Source: Bacteroidota bacterium
GTDB lineage: Bacteria; Bacteroidota; Bacteroidia; Chitinophagales; Chitinophagaceae
DNA length: 64,000 bases
NCBI GenBank assembly: GCA_018267925.1
Contig: JAFDXO010000171.1
Span: forward strand, 1,084 to 65,083
Reading direction: 5' to 3'
Shown here: piece after piece, positions 36,144 through 45,320 of the stretch
Numbering within the stretch: the first letter of the stretch is position 1
Layout: each line of letters begins with the position of its first letter
Notes under the pieces: generated by a model
Databases searched by the model: none
What the model saw: the letters and a program-made list of their open reading frames with translations, nothing else
Told to the model about the DNA's origin: nothing
Program-made: the position numbers and the translations under genes

Positions 36144-37136
36144 TTATTTTGTCATTTTATCTTTTAAAAAGTTATTGATTGCAGCGTTAAGTTTTGAGGT
36201 AAATAATTCTTTGGGCGGTTTGTCTTGCAGGTCGTTAATATTTATGCTATGCCTTTTCTCATTAAACGGCGTGGGTGTTTTCTTTTCGGGTGCTAATACT
36301 TCTACCAATGGAGCAAAACGGCGTATTATTTCCGTTTCGGGAGTGCCTACAAATACAGTTAATGCCAAAGCCTTTATTAACTCTGAAAATTCATTTTGCG
36401 TTCCTTTCCATGTCAAAGGAGCGGCGGCGGTTTGTGGTGTGGCTTCATTCATGTTTTTCTCTTTATAGTTTATGGCAGCCTCTATAATGTCGGCAAATTC
36501 TTTTTCTGTGTAAAACTTTGGTTTATGGTATTCGTTTTTCCCATGTCCGTCTTTTGCGTTGAAAATTGCAAGTTGCTTTTGATTTTCGCCCGTTATTCCG
36601 TTAATCTCAATCAGCAATATTTTAATGTATAGTAAGTCAATTACTTTATTCATTTCTGTTTTGCATTGCTCTATTAATACATTGTCCGGCTGCAACCTTA
36701 TTTCATTCTCTTTTCTTTCCAAAAGTATTTTATCATTGAAAGTAATTGTTTGCGGCGGTGCATATTTCACAACCGTTTCAAGTTCCTTTTGCTCTTTGAT
36801 AATGCTTTCAAAATAGGCTTTCCTTTCATTCAAATTACCAATATCGCGGGCGGTGTATATCTGTTTTCTGAAAGTTGTATTATATGTATGGTTGTTTATT
36901 GCTTTCGCGTTTTCTTTCGTTTCCTTAATAAACCTTTCCGCAAGTTCTTTACTCATACACTCCTCTATTCCCTCAAAATCAAATGCGTTTTCTTTTTCCG
37001 CCTCATTATAGGCGGTTGTTTCAAAGTATATTATAGGCGGTCTTATTCCGTCTGCTATTTTTTCAATATCAATATTCAACGCCTTAGCGGGTGTTTTCTT
37101 TGCTGTCATTTTCTTTGCTTTTAAAACAATTTTCAA
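36144..37136 (-). CDS. hypothetical protein with RteC-like C-terminal region
   Basis: The C-terminal LTWKGTQNEFSELIKAL ... FTSKLNAAINNFLKDKM resembles the L.W.GS...L.ELIYAL ... FLD.L...L..RM pattern of Bacteroides RteC regulators. The N-terminal two-thirds is unassigned. Confidence 0.4.
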   Translation of the reverse strand: MKIVLKAKKMTAKKTPAKALNIDIEKIADGIRPPIIYFETTAYNEAEKENAFDFEGIEECMSKELAERFIKETKENAKAINNHTYNTTFRKQIYTARDIGNLNERKAYFESIIKEQKELETVVKYAPPQTITFNDKILLERKENEIRLQPDNVLIEQCKTEMNKVIDLLYIKILLIEINGITGENQKQLAIFNAKDGHGKNEYHKPKFYTEKEFADIIEAAINYKEKNMNEATPQTAAAPLTWKGTQNEFSELIKALALTVFVGTPETEIIRRFAPLVEVLAPEKKTPTPFNEKRHSININDLQDKPPKELFTSKLNAAINNFLKDKMTK

Positions 37137-37142
37137 ACGGGT

Positions 37143-38411
37143 TTAAAATTCATTTTGCGGCGCGGCGTTCCAATACTTAGCGACAATTTCCGCGTGTTCG
37201 GTTTCGGATAGTTTTACATATTTCAAAAACACACTTTCTTTTTTGTGTCCGGTTATTTTCATTACGCTTTGGGTGGGTATTCCGGCGCGTATGGCATTGG
37301 TAGCAAAGGAACGGCGGGCGGTGTGCGTAGTGATAAGCTGCCATTTTTCGTAAACTTCATTTACCAGCTTACCGCCTTTGGTTTGTTGCTTTCCTACTTT
37401 CTCAACTATTCCAGCTCTCTTACCTACGTCTTTAATGTAATCGTTTATTTTTTGGTCGGATAATTTTGGGGGCGTATTGCCGCCGTACTTGCTCAAAATT
37501 GCCTTTACGGTTTGGTGTATGGGAATTACTACGCGCCCGCCTGTTTTGTGCTGTATAAGGTCTATTTTGTCCCCTTTGATATTGTACGGTTTGAGGTTGT
37601 TATAATCCGATACGCGCAAGCCTGTATAACAACCTATCAAAAATAAATCCCGTGCGCGGTCGTACCCGTTTTGGGTGTCCAACTTTACCGCCTCAATCCT
37701 TTTCAGTTCGTCCGGTGTTAGGTAAATGTCTTGCGCTTGCTCCCGTGCCGCCTTGAATAAACGCGGGTTAATAACGTCCGCTTCAAAAGGTATTTTTTCT
37801 AATTGCGCGGCGCGTAGGAATTGCCGGAAATTATCAATATGCTTTGCAATGTTGTTTACTGAATAGCCTTTTACAGACGTGAGAAAATCCCGAAAATCTG
37901 AAATTGTTTGTAGGCTTATTGTGTCAAATTCCAATTGCTCCCTGTTTTCTTTCTCAAAGGCTTTCAGCACGTCAAAGGTTGTGTTATATTCCTGTATAGT
38001 GCGGTAACTGATAACCCGCCCTGTTTTGGGATTAATACGGGTTTTTGAGGCTTCAATGAATTTTGCCAGCCAATTCCAAAACGTAGCCTTTTCAATTACC
38101 GTTTTTCCCGTCCACAAGTCAAGCCCTGTTTTTAATAGGTCTTTTGTTATGGTTTGTCTTTGGGCAATCCCCGTTTCATAAATTCGTTTGGTTTCTGTCT
38201 TTAGGTCTTTCAGGTAGTTGTTAATTTCGTCCCTGTTGGGTTCGTCAATAACATTTCTTACTTCATAGGTTTTGCCGTTCCAATGCTTAGGTAATATGTT
38301 GTAGCTTGTCGGATACACAAACTTGTTTCCCGCCCAGCGAACAATTAGATAAACTTTTTCGGGTCGTTTGCTGTTTTGACGGCGTAGGTTAAAACGACAA
38401 TTCAATTTCAT
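37143..38411 (-). CDS. tyrosine-type site-specific integrase (Bacteroidota arm-binding + SAM-like + catalytic domains)
   Basis: Catalytic residue context: GLRVSD (Arg), HTARRSFATN (H..R), GHKK and LKYV (Tyr). The N-terminal KVYLIVRWAGNKF arm-type domain is present. The gene is adjacent to attR. Confidence 0.92.
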   Translation of the reverse strand: MKLNCRFNLRRQNSKRPEKVYLIVRWAGNKFVYPTSYNILPKHWNGKTYEVRNVIDEPNRDEINNYLKDLKTETKRIYETGIAQRQTITKDLLKTGLDLWTGKTVIEKATFWNWLAKFIEASKTRINPKTGRVISYRTIQEYNTTFDVLKAFEKENREQLEFDTISLQTISDFRDFLTSVKGYSVNNIAKHIDNFRQFLRAAQLEKIPFEADVINPRLFKAAREQAQDIYLTPDELKRIEAVKLDTQNGYDRARDLFLIGCYTGLRVSDYNNLKPYNIKGDKIDLIQHKTGGRVVIPIHQTVKAILSKYGGNTPPKLSDQKINDYIKDVGKRAGIVEKVGKQQTKGGKLVNEVYEKWQLITTHTARRSFATNAIRAGIPTQSVMKITGHKKESVFLKYVKLSETEHAEIVAKYWNAAPQNEF

Positions 38412-38601
38412 ATCAACAAAAATACCTTAAAAAGTTAAACGTTGTTGTTTTCGTTGTCGTTTTTTCTTTACTTTTCTTTATTTTCTCTTACCTTATTTAA
38501 TCATTACACAAAACATATATACTTTGTAAGCATTGATAATAAAGGAGTTTTAGCCGCATTTTCGTATAATTTAAAAAAATGCAATTAAATACTTTGTCGT
38601 A

Positions 38602-38669
38602 CTGTCTTCCCGACACACAAAAGCCGCAAATGCTTTATTATCAGCATTTTGCGGCTTTTTCTATTTTTA
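38602..38669 (+). repeat. right attachment-site repeat (attR): orphan copy of the tRNA-Pro 3' end plus terminator hairpin
   Basis: A 68-bp copy of 31821-31887 with one extra T. No tRNA body lies upstream of it. Confidence 0.85.
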
Positions 38670-38811
38670 AAATTAATTCATTTAGTCAGCATTTTTTTTG
38701 AAAAAAAATCCTTAAAAAAGGTTTTCAGATTTCTTTTTATCGAATCATTTTTGCTATACACGCTTCGTACTATTTGTCTTCTATATTCAACGGAAAATTA
38801 CCTTTGTGGCT

Positions 38812-39777
38812 ATGCACTCATTTAACGAATTGGTTTCTGCTTTCGAGCAGAGATTTGCCAGCGCTTTACCCTTTCCCCAAAACCCAACAACCCTGTATGA
38901 GCCTTGTCGCTATTTCCTAACCATTGGCGGAAAGCGCATTCGCCCTGTCGTATGCCTTATGGCTCATGAATTATTTGAACCGCTCAGTAATGATGCGTGG
39001 CACGCAGCTATGGGCATCGAACTGTTCCACAACTTCACACTGATTCATGATGATATTATGGATAAGGCTCCTTTACGACGAAATATGTCAACCGTGCATG
39101 AACGCAACGGATTGACTGCAGGTATTCTTTGCGGAGATGTTATGAGCATATATGCCTATGAACAATTAGCCAATATCAATCATTCTCTTTCGCAAGTGCT
39201 TCATCTGTTCAACACAACTGCAATTGAGGTTTGCGAAGGGCAACAATTAGACATGGATTACGAGAAGCGCAATATTGTTTCAATAGATGAATATATTGAG
39301 ATGATTACCCTCAAAACATCTGTTCTCATTGCTTGTAGTTTAAAAATGGGCGGACTTTTGGGCGGAGCTTCCGAAGGGAATGCCCAAAAACTGTACGACT
39401 TTGGTAAAAATTTAGGTATTGCTTTTCAATTACAAGATGATTACTTAGATGCTTTTGGATCCAGTGAGCGAATCGGAAAACAAAGAGGGGGAGATATTCT
39501 TGCTAATAAAAAAACTTATTTATGGCTCAAAGCTTGGGAATTAGGTAAAGATAGCCATCGGGCAGAATTGGTTGATTGTACCAAACGAAATGACGAATCC
39601 AAAGTTCCAACTGTACTCGATATTTTTCGTACTACCGGTGCCGATTTGGCTTGTAGAGCAGCAGTAGAATCATATTCAACAGCAGCTTTTAATTCTTTAG
39701 AAGAAGTAGCTGTAATGAGCAATCGTAAAAAACATTTGCATGACTTGGCTTCTTATCTCTTATTGCGGGATCAATAA
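38812..39777 (+). CDS. polyprenyl diphosphate synthase (trans-isoprenyl diphosphate synthase family)
   Basis: The first DDxxD is LIHDDIMD and the second is QLQDDYLD. GKRIRP is also present. A TACCTTTG box at 38799-38806 lies 5 nt before the ATG. Confidence 0.9.
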   Translation: MHSFNELVSAFEQRFASALPFPQNPTTLYEPCRYFLTIGGKRIRPVVCLMAHELFEPLSNDAWHAAMGIELFHNFTLIHDDIMDKAPLRRNMSTVHERNGLTAGILCGDVMSIYAYEQLANINHSLSQVLHLFNTTAIEVCEGQQLDMDYEKRNIVSIDEYIEMITLKTSVLIACSLKMGGLLGGASEGNAQKLYDFGKNLGIAFQLQDDYLDAFGSSERIGKQRGGDILANKKTYLWLKAWELGKDSHRAELVDCTKRNDESKVPTVLDIFRTTGADLACRAAVESYSTAAFNSLEEVAVMSNRKKHLHDLASYLLLRDQ

Positions 39778-39846
39778 ATTCATGAAATTTAACTAAAAAT
39801 TATTAAACACCATTTTTAAATTAATTAAGCTAAGAAACGGATCATA

Positions 39847-40254
39847 ATGCAATATTGGTTAGTGAAATCAGAGCCATTTAAGTATAGCTGGGAACAGTTG
39901 GTTGCCGATGGACACACATTTTGGGATGGTGTTAGAAACTTTGCAGCTCGAAATAATCTGAAAGCCATGAAAAAGGGTGACAAAGTCCTTTTTTACCATA
40001 GTAACGAGGGATTAGCCATTGTAGGAATCGCAGAAGTAGTAAAGGAAGCATACCAAGATCCCACAACCGATGATGTCCATTGGGTTGCAGTTGATTTAAA
40101 GCCAATACAAGCCTTACCCAAACCGGTATCATTATCAGTCATAAAACAAACTAAGGAATTAGAAAATATGGATCTGGTACGCCTTTCGCGGTTGTCTGTA
40201 GGTGCAGTAAGAGAAAAGGAATACCAAAAAGTATTACAATTGGCAGGGCTTTAA
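39847..40254 (+). CDS. EVE (PUA-like) domain protein
   Basis: MQYWLVKSEP..YSW..L......W.GVRN..ARN.L..M..GD.VLFYHS matches the EVE family N-terminus. Confidence 0.8.
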   Translation: MQYWLVKSEPFKYSWEQLVADGHTFWDGVRNFAARNNLKAMKKGDKVLFYHSNEGLAIVGIAEVVKEAYQDPTTDDVHWVAVDLKPIQALPKPVSLSVIKQTKELENMDLVRLSRLSVGAVREKEYQKVLQLAGL

Positions 40255-40311
40255 TAGCCCAAAAGTTGACAATTTGTTCGAAAAAAAATTTTGTATTATT
40301 TTCAAATACCT

Positions 40312-40319
40312 TACCTTTG
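40312..40319 (+). promoter_or_regulatory. candidate -7 promoter box (TACCTTTG) for rplK-rplA
   Basis: Exact TAnnTTTG match 108 nt upstream of the rplK ATG. Confidence 0.4.
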
Positions 40320-40426
40320 CGCTCCAATTTCTCTACCCCGAAGTAAAAAATCGGGTTGCTCTTACAATAAAGTTGCATTTGGGAGATTAGTGTAAAAACA
40401 ATCGTTAATACCAAAAGAAAGGTACA

Positions 40427-40870
40427 ATGGCTAAAGAAATCTCTGGCTTTGTAAAACTCCAAGTAAAAGGAGGACAAGCCAATCCGGCACCGCCAATCGG
40501 TCCCGCGCTCGGTTCCAAGGGCGTAAACATCATGGAATTCTGCAAGCAGTTTAATGCCCGCACACAAGATAAAATGGGCAAGGTGCTTCCGGTAGTACTA
40601 ACCGTTTATACGGACAAGTCATTTGACTTTGTCATCAAAACACCACCGGCTGCCGTTCAATTGATGGAAGCTGCCAAAATTCAATCGGGTTCTAAAGAGC
40701 CAAACCGTAACAAGGTTGGAAAGGTTTCTTGGGCTCAGGTTACAGAAATCGCTAAAGATAAAATGGCAGATCTAAACTGTTTCACTGTAGAAAGTGCCAT
40801 GAGTATGGTTGCAGGTACAGCACGCAGCATGGGTCTTACTGTTGAAGGCGAAAAACCAAGTGCACAATAA
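40427..40870 (+). CDS. rplK: 50S ribosomal protein L11
   Basis: [31 protein letters not shown] is canonical L11. Confidence 0.97.
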   Translation: MAKEISGFVKLQVKGGQANPAPPIGPALGSKGVNIMEFCKQFNARTQDKMGKVLPVVLTVYTDKSFDFVIKTPPAAVQLMEAAKIQSGSKEPNRNKVGKVSWAQVTEIAKDKMADLNCFTVESAMSMVAGTARSMGLTVEGEKPSAQ

Positions 40871-40903
40871 TCCATTGATTCACCTCATTAAAATCTTGTA
40901 GCA

Positions 40904-41593
40904 ATGGCTATTACAAAGAAAAGAAAGGCTGTAGAGGCTAAACTCGATAAAAACAAACAATACACACTGTCTGAGGCTGCTACGTTGGTAAAAGACGTAA
41001 ACCTAACTAAATTCGACAGTTCTGTAGATATGCACATCCGTTTGGGTGTAGATCCTAAAAAGGCAGATCAGGCAATTCGTGGAACAGTTACCCTGCCACA
41101 TGGAACCGGTAAAACAAAGCGTGTATTGGTGCTTTGTACTCCCGATAAAGAAGCAGAAGCAAAAGCTGCCGGTGCTGATTATGTAGGACTGGATGAATTT
41201 GTACAAAAAATTGATGGTGGCTGGACCGATATTGATGTAATCATCGCTACACCATCAGTAATGCCAAAAATTGGTCGTCTTGGTAAAGTCCTCGGACCTC
41301 GTAACTTGATGCCCAATCCTAAAACCGGAACTGTAACCAATGATGTTGCCGCAGCCGTAACAGATGTAAAAGGTGGTAAAATTGCATTCAAAATAGATAA
41401 GGCAGGAATCATTCATGCCTCTATCGGACGGATTTCTTTTACACCCGAAAAAATTGCTGAAAACGCTCAAGAATTAATCAATACACTGGTGCGCATGAAA
41501 CCCGCAACCGCTAAAGGTATTTACCTGAAAGGTATCAGTATGGCCAGCACCATGAGTCCGGGATTAGCAATTGACACAAAATCTGTTGGATAA
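40904..41593 (+). CDS. rplA: 50S ribosomal protein L1
   Basis: F..SVD..I.LGVDP.K.DQ..RG...LPHGTGK is canonical L1. Confidence 0.97.
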   Translation: MAITKKRKAVEAKLDKNKQYTLSEAATLVKDVNLTKFDSSVDMHIRLGVDPKKADQAIRGTVTLPHGTGKTKRVLVLCTPDKEAEAKAAGADYVGLDEFVQKIDGGWTDIDVIIATPSVMPKIGRLGKVLGPRNLMPNPKTGTVTNDVAAAVTDVKGGKIAFKIDKAGIIHASIGRISFTPEKIAENAQELINTLVRMKPATAKGIYLKGISMASTMSPGLAIDTKSVG

Positions 41594-41682
41594 TCAGTTC
41601 AATTGCCTGATAAAAATTAATTTGTTTCACCAGTGTGCAAGGATTGTAAAACCAACAATTAGCACATTAGCAAACTAAAAAA

Positions 41683-42198
41683 ATGACAACTGCTCAAAAA
41701 AATGAAGTAATAGAGATGCTGAAAGAGAAATTCTCTCAGTACAATAACTTCTACATTACCGATACAGAATCTCTCACTGTTCAACAAGTGAGCACACTTC
41801 GCCGTCATTGCTTTGACAAGCAAGTGGAAATGAAAGTGGCAAAAAATACGCTTATCAAAAAAGCGCTCGAAAGCCTTGATAGCGAAAAATATGCCGGTGT
41901 TTATGATGCCTTGCATAACGTTACGGCATTGATGTTTAGCGAAAGCCCTAAAGAACCGGCTCTCATACTTTCATCTTTCCGAAAAGCGGCAAAAGGGGAA
42001 AAACCGGTATTGAAGGCTGCTTATATTGGTGGCGAAATTTATAGCGGCGACAACCAATTGGTTGCTCTTACGAATATCAAGACGAAAAACGAGCTTATCG
42101 GCGAAGTTATCGGCTTGTTGCAATCGCCTGCTAAACGTGTATTGGCTGCTTTGTTGCACCATCACGAAAAGCAAAATGAAGGCGCTACTGCTGAATAA
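41683..42198 (+). CDS. rplJ: 50S ribosomal protein L10
   Basis: Its position between rplA and rplL, its length and the LR......VEMKV.KNTL motif support the call. Confidence 0.93.
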   Translation: MTTAQKNEVIEMLKEKFSQYNNFYITDTESLTVQQVSTLRRHCFDKQVEMKVAKNTLIKKALESLDSEKYAGVYDALHNVTALMFSESPKEPALILSSFRKAAKGEKPVLKAAYIGGEIYSGDNQLVALTNIKTKNELIGEVIGLLQSPAKRVLAALLHHHEKQNEGATAE

Positions 42199-42335
42199 CT
42201 AAACATTTTTTAACACACTTTCGGGTGTGTTGACCAAACGATATACCAATGCCTTTGAGGTTCAAATAAGGCAATATTTATTAACCATGCCGCCGGAGCA
42301 TGAATGGCAATGAAGGCGGTTAAAAAGTAAAACAC

Positions 42336-42710
42336 ATGGCTGACGTAAAAGCATTAGCAGAATCATTAGTTGCACTTACCGTGAAAGAAGTGCAAGAATT
42401 AGCAGACGTATTGAAAGCAGAATATGGCATCGAGCCTGCTGCAGCTGCAGTAGTAGTAAGTGCTGGCGGAGATGGCGGCGGAGCTGCTGTTGAAGAAAAA
42501 ACAGCTTTCAATGTAGTATTGAAAAGCGCAGGTGCTTCAAAACTGAACGTTGTTAAGATTGTAAAAGAATTAACCGGTCTTGGCTTGAAAGAAGCAAAAG
42601 AATTGGTTGACGGTGCACCTAAAAATGTAAAAGAAGGTGTTAGTAAAGCAGAAGCTGAAGACCTGAAAGCCAAGCTTACAGAAGCTGGTGCTGAAGTGGA
42701 AATCGCTTAA
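42336..42710 (+). CDS. rplL: 50S ribosomal protein L7/L12
   Basis: An Ala-rich hinge is followed by K..VIK.V....[24 protein letters not shown]...GA.VE. Confidence 0.97.
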   Translation: MADVKALAESLVALTVKEVQELADVLKAEYGIEPAAAAVVVSAGGDGGGAAVEEKTAFNVVLKSAGASKLNVVKIVKELTGLGLKEAKELVDGAPKNVKEGVSKAEAEDLKAKLTEAGAEVEIA

Positions 42711-42728
42711 TTGCTCCCAACTGAATTT

Positions 42729-42761
42729 AAAAGCCGCACGTCTGTTTCGTGCGGCTTTTTT
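42729..42761 (+). terminator. rho-independent terminator after rplL
   Basis: aaagccgcacg / cgtgcggcttt forms an 11-bp stem, followed by a T-run. Confidence 0.75.
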
Positions 42762-42834
42762 GGTGTGCTAAACTTTCTTATGCTTTCGTGTACAGTGAGT
42801 TTGAATCTATTCTGTTTGTGTCTATCTTTATTTC

Positions 42835-43215
42835 ATGTTTCGTGCATTTATTATGGTAGGTGTGGGCGGTGCAGCAGGCAGTATGTTGCGCTATGCAATT
42901 GGACTTTTTTTTCAACGTTATTTTCAACCCTCTTTCCCTTTTTCAACCCTCTTTATTAATCTACTCGGTTGCTTGCTGATCGGTTTCTTGTTCGGATTGG
43001 CTGACAAGCAAGCTTGGATGCAAGGAAATGTACTCCTCCTATTGACAACAGGCTTCTGTGGCGGCTTTACAACCTTTTCTACATTCGCTTTAGAAAATAT
43101 TGGATTGATACAACAAGCCCAATTTTTTTCAGCTACTTTTTATTCACTGTTAAGTGTTGGTTTAGGCCTTGCTCTTTGCCGTTTAGGTATGTTTATTGCC
43201 AATGCCACTTTCTGA
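42835..43215 (+). CDS. crcB: fluoride ion channel CrcB
   Basis: A 126-aa four-helix protein with GGAAGSMLRY and GFCGGFTTFSTF motifs. Confidence 0.85.
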   Translation: MFRAFIMVGVGGAAGSMLRYAIGLFFQRYFQPSFPFSTLFINLLGCLLIGFLFGLADKQAWMQGNVLLLLTTGFCGGFTTFSTFALENIGLIQQAQFFSATFYSLLSVGLGLALCRLGMFIANATF

Positions 43216-43723
43216 AACACTAAAAGAACTTATGAAACACTTTCAATTCAATTTCCAAACAACTCTTCAAACAAAATTACCTCCCAATATTCAATCTCTG
43301 ATTGAAGCAGCAGAGCAAATTGCTCATAAAGCTTATGCCCCATATTCTCATTTTAAAGTTGGAGCCGCAGTTTTGTTGCACGATGGCAATCTGTTGACCG
43401 GCTGCAATCATGAAAATGCAGCATATCCCGCAGGTGTTTGTGCAGAGCGGGCTGCTTTATCTTCCTTAGATATGAGTAATGGCAAGCAAACTGTATTAGC
43501 AATTGCAGTAACGTACCTTAGTCACGACCTTTTACCTAAACCTATTTCGCCTTGCGGAATTTGTCGGCAAACCATTTTAGAAGTGCAACAATGGCAAAAT
43601 AAACCTATTGCCGTTTATATGTGTGCACCTGATGGAACCATTATTGTAGTTGATGATGCCCAATATCTTTTACCATTCTCTTTTGGTAGTGAATATTTAG
43701 ATATGCCTCCTGATTCTCATTAA
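43202..43723 (+). CDS. cdd: cytidine deaminase
   Basis: The zinc-binding motifs CAERAA and PCGICRQ are present. The start is ambiguous: ATG 43202 overlaps the crcB end, and ATG 43232 is the alternative. Confidence 0.85.
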   Translation: MPLSETLKELMKHFQFNFQTTLQTKLPPNIQSLIEAAEQIAHKAYAPYSHFKVGAAVLLHDGNLLTGCNHENAAYPAGVCAERAALSSLDMSNGKQTVLAIAVTYLSHDLLPKPISPCGICRQTILEVQQWQNKPIAVYMCAPDGTIIVVDDAQYLLPFSFGSEYLDMPPDSH

Positions 43724-43863
43724 AGCTAAAGGCTAAATTGAACTACAATTTATTTTTGTGCTGAGATGATAAAAATCATTGAAAGGATGGAATATGCCGC
43801 CTTTTGCTAAATCAGCCTCACTGTGCTAATTTAGCGGCGCTTAAAAAAACACTTTATTGTTCC

Positions 43864-45090
43864 ATGATTGATATTAAAGTTCCTCCGGTTGGCGAATCTA
43901 TCAAAGAAGTTACCCTCGTAAAATGGTTGAAAAAAGAAGGAGAATGGGTAGAACGTGATGAATTGTTGTGTGAATTGGAATCTGAAAAGGCAACCTTTGA
44001 ACTGAATGCAGAACAAGCAGGAACATTGAATATTGTAGCTCAAGAAGGTGCTACGTTAAATATAGGCGACTTAGCATGTAAAATAGACGAAAAAGCAACT
44101 AAGCCTGCCACCACTGCAGCTCCCAAGAAAGCTCCCCAAGAAGCAACACCCGTAAAAGTTGAAGATAAAAAGCAAAAAGCAAGTGCAGTTCCTCAATCAA
44201 CCGATCAAGTGAAAGCCACGCCGGTAGCCAAATCCATCATGGCAAATAAACACTTACCTGCTACGGAAGTGAAAGGAACCGGTACGCACGGACGGATCCT
44301 AAAACATGATGTGCTCGAAGCCTTAGCCAATCCCGGAAAAAAAGCAGGCTCTGAGGCATTTAGTCGAATTGACCGTCGTGAAAAAATGAGCAACCTCCGT
44401 AAGACCGTTTCTCGTCGCTTAGTAGAAGCCAAAAACAGCACAGCTATGCTCACCACTTTCAATGAAGTGGACATGACTCGCATCATGGAAATTCGAGCTA
44501 AAAATAAAGATGCTTTTAAAGAAGCTCATGGTGTTAACCTTGGGTTTATGTCATTCTTTACAAAGGCATGTTGCATAGCTCTTCAAGAATGGCAGGCTGT
44601 CAATGCTTACATTGATGGGGATGAAATTATTTACCACGATTATTGTGATATTTCAATAGCTGTTTCAGCCCCTAAAGGCTTAGTTGTTCCCGTTATCAGA
44701 AATGCAGAAAGCCTTTCTATGGCTGAAATAGAGAGTAAGATTGTAGAATTAGCCAAAAAAGCTCGTGAAAATAAATTGAGCATGGATGAAATGACCGGCG
44801 GCACTTTTACCATAACAAATGGAGGTGTGTTTGGCTCTTTGATGAGCACACCTATTATCAATATTCCGCAAAGTGCTATTCTTGGAATGCACAAAATTCA
44901 AGAACGCCCAATGGTGGTAAACGGAAAGATTGAAGCACGTCCAATGATGTATCTCGCACTTTCTTATGATCATAGAATTATTGATGGACGTGAGTCAGTT
45001 AGCTTCTTGGTTCGTGTAAAAGATCTGTTAGAAAACCCTGAATTGCTACTGTTTGGTAAAGACCCTGTAATGGCTTTGCTGGAAATCTAA
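43864..45090 (+). CDS. sucB: dihydrolipoamide acyl(succinyl)transferase E2 component
   Basis: A lipoyl domain ([11 protein letters not shown]), an E3-binding domain ([13 protein letters not shown]) and a catalytic SYDHRIIDG motif. I use the ATG at 43864. No E1 gene is adjacent. Confidence 0.8.
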   Translation: MIDIKVPPVGESIKEVTLVKWLKKEGEWVERDELLCELESEKATFELNAEQAGTLNIVAQEGATLNIGDLACKIDEKATKPATTAAPKKAPQEATPVKVEDKKQKASAVPQSTDQVKATPVAKSIMANKHLPATEVKGTGTHGRILKHDVLEALANPGKKAGSEAFSRIDRREKMSNLRKTVSRRLVEAKNSTAMLTTFNEVDMTRIMEIRAKNKDAFKEAHGVNLGFMSFFTKACCIALQEWQAVNAYIDGDEIIYHDYCDISIAVSAPKGLVVPVIRNAESLSMAEIESKIVELAKKARENKLSMDEMTGGTFTITNGGVFGSLMSTPIINIPQSAILGMHKIQERPMVVNGKIEARPMMYLALSYDHRIIDGRESVSFLVRVKDLLENPELLLFGKDPVMALLEI

Positions 45091-45125
45091 TCAGATGATT
45101 TCTTTTCCCAAAAAAATATCTTTTT

Positions 45126-45155
45126 GCAACGATCTTTTGTCGTTGCTTTTTTTTT
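45126..45155 (+). terminator. rho-independent terminator after the E2 gene
   Basis: gcaacga / tcgttgc forms the stem, followed by 9 T. Confidence 0.7.
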
Positions 45156-45320
45156 ATGAAAAGAAAAAAGCATTCTCTTTAACGAGGTAAAAATCTATGA
45201 ATTTATCGCCACAAACTTTGGAAGCGTGAATTCAACTATGAAATGTTTGGGATTAAAAAAAGCATCAAATTTTTAGCCTTTGCTGAATCCGTATGTTTTT
45301 TAGCTACGAATTTATAACAG

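Larger units (their letters stand above)
31821..38669 (-). mobile_element. ~6.85-kb tRNA-Pro-integrated element (integrase, RteC-like, Xis-like, Rep-like, HTH-repeat proteins, small cargo ORFs)
   Basis: Flanking 67/68-bp direct repeats that include the tRNA 3' end, with a tyrosine integrase next to the right repeat. All internal ORFs are co-oriented. Composition looks GC-richer than the flanks in the lines I sampled. Confidence 0.8.

Noticed and set aside
40151-40567. 138-aa minus-strand ORF overlapping the end of the EVE gene and the start of rplK
   Set aside because: It lies antisense to the L11 coding region and its promoter, and it has no motif. The rplK and EVE calls explain the region.
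42711-42834. Fluoride riboswitch expected upstream of crcB
   Set aside because: The spacer contains the rplL terminator and AT-rich sequence. I could not see the conserved crcB-motif pseudoknot elements, and the 82-aa ORF here (42711-42959) is a shadow of this spacer and crcB.
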